Assembly: GCF_902652985.1 (NCBI RefSeq)
Contig: NC_047017.1
Coordinates: forward strand, 32,550,001-32,614,000
From: Pecten maximus
Lineage: Eukaryota
Direction of reading: 5' to 3'
Length of the DNA: 64,000 bases
The position numbers were made by a program, and so were the translations under genes. The first letter of the stretch is position 1. Each line of letters opens with the position of its first letter. The notes under the pieces are model-generated. The model ran no database searches, was not told where the DNA came from, and saw nothing but the letters and a program-made list of their open reading frames with translations. Below, one piece after another: positions 13,401 through 24,600 of the stretch.

Positions 13401-16400
13401 TCAGGACATGTTTACACACACAGAATCAGGACATGTTTACACACACAGAATCAGGACATATTTACACACAGAATCAGGGTATGTTTAAACACAGATTCAG
13501 GACATGTTTATACACAGAATCAGGAAATACTTACACACAGATTCAGGACATGTTTACACACAGAATCAGGACATGCTTACACAGAATCAGGTCATGCTTA
13601 CACACAGAATCAGGACATATTTACACACAGAATCAGGACATGTTTACACACAGAATCAGGATATGCTCACACATACAGAATCAGGACATGCTCACACATA
13701 CAGAATCGGGACATGTTTACACACATACAGAATCAGGACATGTTTACACACAGAATCGGGACATACTTACACACAGATTCAGGACATGTTTATACACAGA
13801 ATCAGGACATGTTTACACACAGAATCAGGACATGTTTACACAGATCAGGACATGTTTATACACAGAATCAGGAAATACTTACACACAGAATCAACACATT
13901 TACACACAGAACCAGGACATATTTACACACAGAATCAGGACATGTTTACACACAGAATTAGGACATGTTTACACACAGAATCAGGACATGCTCACACATA
14001 CAGAATCAGGACATGCTCACACATACAGAATCAGGACATGCTTACACACATACAGAATCAGGAAATGCTCACACATACAGAATCAGGACATGCTTACGCA
14101 AATAGAATCAGGAAATGCTCACACATACAGAATCAGGACATGCCCACACATACAGAATCAGGAAATGCTCACACATACAGAATCGGGAACACTCTCACAC
14201 ACAGAATCAGGAAATGCTCATGCTTACAGAATCAGGACAGGCTTACACACATAGAATCAGGACATGCTTACATACATAGAAACAGGCCAATGCTGTGTCT
14301 ATATTTCATTGAGTCAATCATTGTTCGGTCAATGTTGTACTTGTCCCTACACACAGAAAGTAAGGTCCATGTTTAGTCTGCTTTTGCACATATATGTCTG
14401 CTGTTTACCATCACAAACTTATACTGGTAATGTAATAATGTTCATAGAGGAAATTGAAAACTTACAATGTGTCTATACAATCTTTGCCATTTAACATTCT
14501 GTTGGAGGACATCTAACCTGTGAAGAAAATGCACAATATCTTTTAAATAGGTCTTAAATTACTATCCTCTTTACACAACACATCAAACAGCAAGTCCAAG
14601 AAGCATAGGATCTTACACAAAATTCATGGTCTAAATAAGTGGTAAAAAGATGGTTATATATGGTTAACTTACAGACAATAACTTGTGTATATCAAACATC
14701 AACCATTTCATTTACATTTTAGCCACAGAAATTGGTTTTGACAACAAAAAAGTTGTTTGCCTGAAATTTCAGTGAACTCGGGGGTATATCATCAAATAGT
14801 TAATCATACTGGCCTAGGTATGGTGACACATAATACTGACCTCGGGTATGATGACATTTCATACTGACCTCAGGTTTGACGAAACATCTTACTGACCTAG
14901 GGTATGGTGACACATCATACTGACCTAGGGTATGGTGACACATCATACTGACCTAGGGTATGGTGACACATCATACTGACCTAGGTATGGTGACACATCA
15001 TACTGACCTCGGGTATGGTGACACATAATACTGACCTCGGATATGGTGACATATCATACTGACCTAGGGTATGGTGACATATCATATTGACCTAGGGTAT
15101 GGTGACACATCATACTGACCTAGGGTATGGTGACACATCATACTGACCTAGGGTATGGTGACACATCACCTAGGGAAATGTTGACACATCATACTGACCT
15201 AGGGTATGGTGACACATCATACTGACCTAGGGTATGGTGACACATCATACTGACCTATGGTATTGTGACACATCATACTGACCTAGGGTATGGTGACACA
15301 TCATACTGACTTAGGGTATGGTGACATATCATACTGACCTAGGGTATGGTGACATATCATACTGACCTCGGGTGTGGTGACATATCATACTGACCTAGGG
15401 TATGGTGACATATCATACTGACCTAGGGTATGGTGACATATCATACTGACCTAGGGTATGGTGACATATCATATTGACCTAGGGTATGGTGACACATCAT
15501 ACTGACCTAGGGTATGGTGACACATCATACTGACCTAGGGTATGGTGACACATCATACTGACCTAGGGTATGGTGACATATCATATTGACCTAGGGTATG
15601 GTGACACATCATATTGACCTAGGGTATGGTGACACATCATACTGACCTAGGGTATGGTGACAAATCATACTGACCTAGGGTATGGTGACACATCATACTG
15701 ACCTATGGTATTGTGACACATCATACTGACCTCGGGTATGGCGACACATCATACTGACTTAGGGTATGGTGACATATCATACTGAACCAGGGTATGGTGA
15801 CATATCATACTGAACCAGGGTATGGTGACATATACTGACCTAGGGTATGGTGACATATCATACTGACCTAGGGTATGGTGACATATCATACTGAACCAGG
15901 GTATGGTGACATATACTGACCTAGGGTATGGTGACATATCATACTGACCTAGGGTATGGTGACACATCATACTGACCTAGGGTATGGTGACACATCATAC
16001 TGACCTAGGGTATGGTGACACATCATACTGACCTCGGGTATGGTGACACATCATACTGACCTCGGGTATGGTGACACATCATACTGACAGGGTATGGTGA
16101 CATATCATACTGACCTAGGGTATGGTGACATATCATACTGACAGGGTATGGTGACATATCATACTGACCTAGGGTATGGTGACACATCATACTGACCTAG
16201 GGTATGGTGACACATCATACTGACCTAGGGTATGGTGACATATCATACTGACCTAGGGTATGGTGACACATCATACTGACCTAGGGTATGGTGACATATC
16301 ATACTGACCTAGGGTATGGTGACACATCATACTGACTTAGGGTATGGTGACATATCATACTGACCTAGGTATGGTGACATATCATACTGACCTAGGGTAT

Positions 16401-19400
16401 TGTGACACATCATACTGACGTAGGGTATGGTGACATATCATATTGACCTAGGGTATGGTGACATATACTGACCTAGGGTATGATGACATATCATACTGAC
16501 CTCGGGTGTGGTGACACATCATACTGACCTCGGGTATGGTGACATATCATACTGAACCAGGGTATGGTGACACATCATACTGACCTAGGGTATGGTGACA
16601 TATACTGACCTAGGGTATGATGACATATCATACTGAACCAGGGTATGGTGACATATACTGACCTAGGGTATGGTGACACATCATACTGACAGGGTATGGT
16701 GACACATCATACTGACAGGGTATGGTGACATATCATACTGACCTAGGGTATGGTGACATATCATACTGAACCAGGGTATGGTGACACATAATACTGACCT
16801 CGGGTATGGTGACATATCATACTGAACCAGGGTATGGTGACATATCATACTGAACCAGGGTATGGTGACATATCATACTGAACCAGGGTATGGTGACATA
16901 TCATACTGAACCAGGGTATGGTGACATATCATACTGAACCAGGGTATGGTGACATATCATACTGACCTAGGGTATGGTGACACATAATACTGACCTCGGG
17001 TATGATGACATATACTGACCTCGGGTGTGGTGACATATGATGCTGACCTAGGGTATGGTGACACATCATACTGACCTAGGGTATGGTGACATATCATACT
17101 GACCTAGCTAGGGTATGGTGACATATCATACTGACCTAGGGTATGTTGACATATACTGACCTAGGGTATGGTGACATATACTGACCTAGGGTAAGTACCA
17201 AATACTTCTGGGTGTAAGTCCACCATGCCATACTTCTGGTCCTCTATTGTAGACAGTGTCTCCACCCAAGCCTGCTTGGGAGACAAATATCTGTTTGGGA
17301 ATTCAATCTTTCTTGATGTGACAATAGGTAAATTTCGCTGCACAAGACTTCCACCAGTATCTGTGAGGAAATACTGAGAATTAACATACCAGTACATATC
17401 AGACATTGTGTATTTTCACTATACAAACTCTAGTCTTTAGTTTAACACCTTTGGGCAGGTGGGCTTACTGAAGTGTAAAAGCTTACTATTGTTACATTTA
17501 TTTCATGGATTCATTTCAGTTTTAGAAAAGAATAGTTAACAGTTCAATACAACTAAATCAATACCATTTTGCACTAAAAGAGAATGGTTAACAGTTCAAT
17601 ACAAATAAATCAATACCATTTTGCACTAAGTCTGAGCCTTCCCATCCGGAATCCTCACCAATATGGTCTGCGGTCGTAGAACATAATGCCTACAGAAGCA
17701 AAAACAGTATAGTATATATATATACAGTATAAGATTATAATTACAGCACATGTTGTACAATTAAATCATAGGAACAATCTTTCATTATGGCAATATTATT
17801 GCAAGAACTTAAAATTATATAATTCAATACCATGTAATCATACAATTCTAAAAACAGATCTTGGGCTATGAAATAAAATGGACATTACCCTGGAAATGTA
17901 GCTTTAATTTGTTAAGATATTTAGTTTTTAATGAGTATGTTGTAAATCGTTATATTATGTTTTGTATATTTTCTGGGATGAAAATTCAACGCCCTTTGCC
18001 ATAGTTTTCCATGCACAGCTCTTCCCCAATCATCAAATGTGACGAGGGAGGGACTTTTTTTATTTTAATTATCCATCACACATGATACATATATTATGTG
18101 ATTTGAGATTATGTCACTTCTTAGCTATATAAAATCAATATAGAAATTTTGCATTCTTAAACACAAGCATGTCTGTCTTTATTTTCTTTTGAATGACAAT
18201 ACGTCTCTAATATAATTATTCCATTTAACACATATTCCACTACATTGTCACATTTACATCTTGTTATCCAATTATATTTGGACACTATTGGACAATTGCC
18301 CTCAAATCTTTGAGTCTGTCCCTTAACAGCTTTTCTGTACAATGTTCTACAGTATACTCCTCTTTGTGTATGTGTGGTGGTTTACCTTCATTTGGTTTTT
18401 TTCTCTAGATGTTTGTGAATGTGTTCTATATTCGGAATAAAATTTGAGTATCTGTGCATGTATTTGTAATACTAGCTAGTTCATAACACCACATACCGAG
18501 GGGTAGTACATTAAAAGAATAGGATTAGCAAACAAGTTATAGTTACTTATATAAATCTGTTTCCTTTTAATTATTTCCTATGCATACCTCTGGAATATCC
18601 ATCATGAGCATACCTATTCAAATGATTTGTATTTGAGAAAAGGTGGTATAATTAATCATATTAATTTATATACATGTATTATCCAAACATCATAAATATA
18701 TATCTCAACTCTGTGTCAAAATTGTCTGCCTTCTTTTTGCCAATTGATGCTGGCCCGCCACATCATGTTCAGCAAATTTAGGGGATGCCATTGGCCAGGT
18801 AGCTAAAATGTTTAGAGCGCCTGTCTAAGAGTTCTGGGGCCCCGTGTTCGGGTGCAGGTCTGGTCGTTGCATTTTTCCTCTCTTTTTGCATGTGGGGGCT
18901 ATTTTTTTATACAGTTTGTTGTGGTTTATGGTTTATTTTGTTTAACTTCCTATTAACAGCCAAGGTCATTTAAGGACGGCCTCCCGTGCGTGCGACATGC
19001 ATGCGTGTGGCGAGTGCTTATGTGTGTTTTGGGAGGCTGCGGTATGTTCGTGTTAAGTCTCCTTGTGATAGGCCGGAACTTTATAGTGCTACCTCACTGA
19101 AGCATACTGCCGAAGACACCCAGCAGGACTAGTTCGCCCGTTGTCAGTATAATGTGACCGGGTACGTACCCCACCCAGTCACATTATACTGACAATGGGC
19201 GAACAAGTCATTCCACTCCAAATATGCTGAGCACTAAGCAGGAGTAGCAACTACCATTTTTAAAGACTCTGGTATGTCTCGGCCAGGGGACAGAACCCAA
19301 AGCCTTCCTCACAGGGGCGAACGCTCAACTAAAGGCCAAAAGTGAGGCATTGTCAAGGGAGACATTAGGAAGAAGAAAGCTGTTAAGAAAGAAGAGAAAG

Positions 19401-21177
19401 ATAAGATCCCAAATTTAGTCGCCTCTTACAATCATGCAATTGGGGCAGCAGGTACAATTCTTACGCCCTACCTGCTTAACTTTGTGTCAAATATTATGGA
19501 ACAATATAACATAAGCACAGAAGAGCTTGTATTACCACAGAACAAAGTAAAGACAACAATAAATAATCACAGACATGTAGCATACCGTATTTGACCTAAT
19601 AAGGGCGCAGGGCATGGGTAATTGACAGTTCGGGCGCCCTTATTAAGATTAGTTATTCTGAAGTTTTATGAAACAGACTAAACCTTATAGCAGAATACCT
19701 AAGGCTGTGGAAACGGTAAAATATTCAGTCATAAAAATATTCCAGATGAAGATATCTATTCATTATCATTTATTAAGCTTAAACATCACTTGAATATTCC
19801 TGTAAACTTGTAAACCATGCCAGCTGATCTTTAGACCAGAGAATGTGTGTTCCACCATTTATGTTCAAATGGAACTCTCTTGTGTTCTATTTATAGACAC
19901 AGGTGATTTCCCAGATCATATCAGACATCGTTTTCTTTGATCTAATAATTGATTTACAATGTCTTTTACTAGTTTTCTGTTCTGAACAAAAGTTATTTAT
20001 CAACAAGAATGAAGTCTTTTACTTTATCTTCAAATAACGATGGTAAGTTATTATTTGTATATGTGTTTAGTTTCGGATGCTCTTTGCACTGACATGTCAT
20101 CTGTAGGAATAGACAAAATATGTGGGAAAACTTGTGTTCCAGTTACTTAATTTGCTGAAGAAAATTGAACACATAAAGTAGCAAAACATTTCATATGAAT
20201 TATTACTTTTGAACACTATTTTGACACTCGGTCAAAGATTTATTTCCTTGAAAAAAGGTAGGGGCGCCCTTATTAGGTCAAATACGGTAAATAAAACATG
20301 AATTACAGCATGCTAAAAACATTGTACAAAAGCTTAAGAAAATGATTGTCAGCACTAAGCAAAACAAAATCACAGGCATGCAGTCAGCAGGTATAAGTTA
20401 GGGTTATATTATTACTAAAGCACTAAAATCAAAATAAAAGCACTAATCAAATCTTGCAAACTGGGCATGGGCAGCTGCACAGGGGTCCATCTCACATATG
20501 GAGCAGTCTCTCAAATGACCTGCGAGGGTCAGCCCTGCGTGTCATTGGGGAGGCTGTTCCATTATGCGTGTGGCCTCATAACGGAACGATTTCATTCCAT
20601 ACTTCGAAGAACTAACTTGAGGAATAACCACACTTGCTGTTCTTCCTAGTGTTATACCAAGATGGCTTGTAAGCCAGCAAGTTGTGCAGATAACCAGAAG
20701 GCAGCATCCTTGTTTAGGATTTTAAAAGCCTCCCTTGGCAATAAGCTGTATATATAGGGGTTTGAGTTTTTTTAGGTCATTCACTACTGTTTAAGAAGGA
20801 AGGAATGATGCAGACCTGGACTGGGTTGAACCCTAGTGACCATACATGCACTTAGCTTCCCTTAGCTTCATAATAAAGGGGACGTCACTCTGTTTTGAAA
20901 TATTCTTCAATAATAGATTTCTAGTACATCGAATTATCGACGTCTATTTAATTCAGTACGCTCAATGTAACAGTACTTTATATGCTTCGCTTCTATCACA
21001 TCTTTGAATGAAATATTATGTTCGGTACAGTACCACTCGGGCAACAATCTTAGCAACAATAAATATTTTTTATCCGTTTCTTACCCGACGTGTTATCCTC
21101 GGGTGGATCACATTTGCTCTAACAATTTTGCAAAGACAATTTACGCATGCTGACAACTTTGGCGATCTTAAAGTCAT
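7499..21177 (-). CDS. MRPL4: Mitochondrial large-subunit ribosomal protein uL4m (39S L4), 9 coding exons, 302 aa
   Basis: Exons (transcript order) 21177-21085, 17689-17659, 17360-17186, 14517-14466, 12269-12152, 11412-11255, 8798-8740, 8337-8264, 7647-7499. GT-AG, total 909 nt. Arg-rich presequence MTLRSPK..ITRRALCST; L4 motifs [74 protein letters not shown]. The first two exons are less certain. Confidence 0.93.
8836..11170. repeat. 40-bp minisatellite (~52 copies, plus ~1.5 more beyond an insertion) in MRPL4 intron 6
   Basis: Unit acattgatttatcagacttgtgggtaggtatattggggta; interrupted by unrelated sequence at 10925-11102. Confidence 0.97.
12584..14285. repeat. 23-bp minisatellite (~70 copies) in MRPL4 intron 4
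   Basis: Unit cagaatcaggacatgtttacaca with CA slippage variants. Confidence 0.97.
14802..17193. repeat. 27-bp minisatellite (~88 copies) in MRPL4 intron 3, containing the exon-3 splice donor
   Basis: Unit ctgacctagggtatggtgacacatcata; on the gene strand it reads ..ccataccctag|gtcagtatgatgtgtca; the array ends inside exon 3. Confidence 0.97.
18793..18890 (+). mobile_element. Degenerate tRNA-derived short element, same family as 52113-52243
   Basis: ggccaggtagct..tagagcg..gtgttcgggtgcaggtctggtcgttgcatttttcc aligns by eye to the reverse complement of the 52.1-kb element. Confidence 0.5.
18912..19475 (-). mobile_element. tRNA-headed SINE (V-domain-like mollusc type), preceded by the tail of a second retroelement
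   Basis: Minus strand: tRNA-like head (ggcctttagttgagcg...gggttctgtccc, ~19350-19285), body ggccgagacataccagagtctttaaaaatggtagttgc...gctcagcat, tail ccttaaatgaccttggctgttaatagg with an A-rich end. 19350-19475 carries a gtaagaggcgactaa-type tail. Confidence 0.7.
19585..20287. mobile_element. Non-autonomous Tc1/mariner-pogo-type DNA transposon (MITE), 703 bp
   Basis: Perfect 24-bp TIRs ccgtatttgacctaataagggcgc / gcgcccttattaggtcaaatacgg, with a TA duplication on both sides. Confidence 0.92.
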
Positions 21178-21613
21178 CCTGTGTGTAACAGTTACCCTCT
21201 TGTTCAATACAATCTGCACTAATATAATGTTCACATGGTCAAAACGTCCCGATTGTCAAAGTCACTGGTTGTAACCCATGCTTTTTTTCTACGAAACAAC
21301 ATGAGTAACATTTGAAATAATCATAGTTATTTATGTTTATAATGTAAAATATATGTTATAAAATATATTATATATTGCGATGTTAAGATTATTGCAACCA
21401 TTTACAGATTTAATATATGTTTTCTAATATTGTTTATTACAAATTCGAAACTATGCCTAAATACTAATTTACTAAGTTAACGTGACTTTGATTGGACAAT
21501 AAGGGATTATATCATCCAATCAAATTAATTGTTACAATAAAGTGCCCGGTAGATTCGGACTGCATGAACAAAAGTCTTGTTTCATTTTAGCACTAACATA
21601 CAATCTGTTTAGA
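21178..21613. promoter_or_regulatory. Putative bidirectional promoter region between MRPL4 and SAE1
   Basis: The start codons are head-to-head, 436 bp apart. Inverted CCAAT pair tttgattgga (21487-21496) / tccaatcaaa (21515-21524). Confidence 0.65.
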
Positions 21614-24600
21614 ATGGGAGAGCAACAAACAATTACAGAAGATGAGGCAGCTCTTTATGATCGTCAGATTAGACTCTGGGGTCTCGACGCTCAGAGAAGG
21701 TGACTATGAAATAACTTGAATTATTCCTTGGTAAATAAAATTTAATCAATTATTATGCAATATGAACTGTGATTGTGAAGTCACTCTAGACATGTTGCTC
21801 CGTTCATGATGTTCTGATTGAGTGTGATCAACTGCTGCATTTGACAGTGAACATTTTTTTACTTTTAGTTAATTTTGTTTCTTTAAAATGCGATGTATGT
21901 GAGCATCAATACTTTTACTGCATAGGAAATGTTTTAATGGTATCATTTTATCAGAGACCTATATACTAGTCTCTGATTTTATGGAAGGATGCTGCTGAAC
22001 GCAACAGTGCCAGAGGATATCCACAAATACGCTTAGAAAAAAACTACTTTTTAAACAGAACAGTGTCAATCTGGAACGAATTGCCCGAACATGTTATATC
22101 AGCATTAAATGTAAACTCCTTCAAGAACAAGTGTAACGTCCGCTCTCCATAAACACGGGACGTGAAAGTTCTTTTGGGATGGTTGTGGTGCCATAAACAT
22201 AATTCAACGCAGGATATAAAGTTTACTTATATTTATTAATCCACATGAGAATCCTGAAGGTACAATTAATTCCCATGAAGTTTCATCTATCTTCCACTAG
22301 CTATCTTCTACACTTATATCGCCGGCGCATTCACACTTAACAGTTCACACACATTTAAACAAATCTAAGTCTACATATTTACATCCGAACGGCACTCAGG
22401 TCTGTTTAGTCTGAAAACTACTGGAAAACTCTGTATGCAATTTATTTATTTAATTTATTTAACGCCCAAGTCTTTATATATCCCCTAAGGGTTAATTAAT
22501 ATGTATAAATTGAAGATGTGGTCAATTGACCAATCCTGACCTTTAACCCAAAATATGGGCATCTCTAAACCCCTATAACGTAATTTCTAATTAAAGCCCT
22601 AGGCACTGACCACTGGTCCCACGGACCGTGTGCTACATAATAACGACTGACTTTCAGGTGCTACCGTTTGGTTATTTGACAACGAATGAAGGGTGTAAAC
22701 CTAAAACGGGTTAATAAACTACTAATCTAAGGGAAGCAACTCGAATAGATTTGGATAACTATAGCGTATAATACGCTTCCTACACTAGGTAACTTTGAAC
22801 ACATCACACATAAACTTGTCTTTAAATAAAACGTACCTACTTAACTCTTAAATATCCCTAATGACATTTTACACAACCTATCTATTTCCTAATTCACTAC
22901 ACAAGCTAGACGATCACTGGAAAAACCAAGAACTTTTCTTTAACTACAAAGCATCAGTTAAATCATAAAAACATTGTACAATAGACCGGACAGAAATATT
23001 GTATCAATGTGTATTATGTACCATTTTGAGTCTGGTATAGAGGACTTATAAAGTCCTGAACGAAATAAACTTAACTATAGGAAGGGGTAATGAAAATACC
23101 ATGCCCATGCCAGTCTTCGAACTAGCAACCTTTTGCTCTCAAGGCAGACACATCCTACTAAAGAAAAATTCCTGCTAGTCTGAGCTTGTAAGGTGACCTT
23201 ATACTCTCTACTTTTACACATTGTAATGGTAGATTTTAGACTGGTCTCTTATCTCTACAGGGTATCCAGTTGACCCTTGAGACTTAGCAGTTTCAGAAGT
23301 AAAATCACCATTTCTCAGAAATCTGAAGGATCGAAACATATGTCAAATAGACAAGTTAATTCCTTCAAACCCAAAAGTCAAATCTGATTTCAAGGAGTCA
23401 AAAACATACTCTCAATGGTCTATTGGATGCCATGTCTCTAGAACAATTAAAATCATCAAAAAGTATTGTTGAGCTACTGTACAAATGTACATATAATACA
23501 AAGCGGTGTAATTTTGGGTCTCTAGCTATAGTTTTTACAAAACATTTGGGAATGGTGGCCAGTCTCATTCAATATGTATACTGATTATAGTTCAGATGTG
23601 AACAGAATAAATGATTATTAAACATAGATGTGATATTCATGTGTACATAGAAATATGGATGCCAAATCTAATCCATTTGGTGAAACAAAACATTTTTATC
23701 GAGTATACATTTAATTTACTGATGAGTTGGTTAAATTCTTCATTGCAGAATTTTTAACTTACATCCCATTAACCCTATGTTCTGATGGCAAAGCAGAAAT
23801 TTTCACAATTTCATTAAAGAAACATAGCATATGTTACAGAACTTCCTAGTAAGCCACACAGTTGATGTTTAAAATTAATTTTTATACCCCGGGCGGTGGA
23901 GGGGCGGGGGGTATGAGTTGGCCCTCTGGACGACAGTTCTAGTTGTTTTTAGCTCACCTGGACCGAAGGTCCGGTGAGCTTATGTCATGGCGCAGCGTCC
24001 GTCGTCCGTCGTCCGTCGTCCGTCCGTCAACATTTGCTTCAAATCGCTACTAGTCAAAAAGTTCATATTGGATTTTGACCAAATTTGGCCAGAAACATCC
24101 TTGGCAGAAGGGGAATAGATTTTGCATAAATGATGACTCTGACCCCCGAGGGGCCAAAGGGGCGGGGCCCAATAGGGGAAATAGGGGTAATTCCTTTAAA
24201 TCGCTACTAGTCATAAAGTTATGAATGGATTTGAACCCAATTTGGTCAGAAACATCCTTGGGGGAAGGGGAACAGATTTTGCATAAATGGTGACTCTGAC
24301 CCCCGAGGGGCCAAAAGGGCGGGGCCCAATAGGGGAAATAGTGGTAATTCCTTTAAATCGCTACTTGTCATAAAGTTATGAATGGATTTGAACCCAATTT
24401 GGTCAGAAACATCCTTGGGGAAGGGGAACAGATTTTGCATGAATGGGGACTCTGACCCCCGAGGGCCAAAAGGGCGGGGCCCAATAGCGGAAATAGTGGT
24501 AATTCCTTTAAATCGCTACTTGTCATAAAGTTATGAATGGATTTGAACCCAATTTGGTCAGAAACATCCTTGGGGGAAGGGGAACAGATTTGGCATAAAT

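Noticed and set aside
12543-14376. Long His/Thr-rich ORFs (up to 290 aa)
   Set aside because: Translations of the 23-bp array, open in all three frames and antisense within an MRPL4 intron.
8836-17193. CRISPR-like appearance of the 23-46-bp repeats
   Set aside because: Units are head-to-tail with no unique spacers, there are no cas genes, and the arrays lie within spliceosomal introns.
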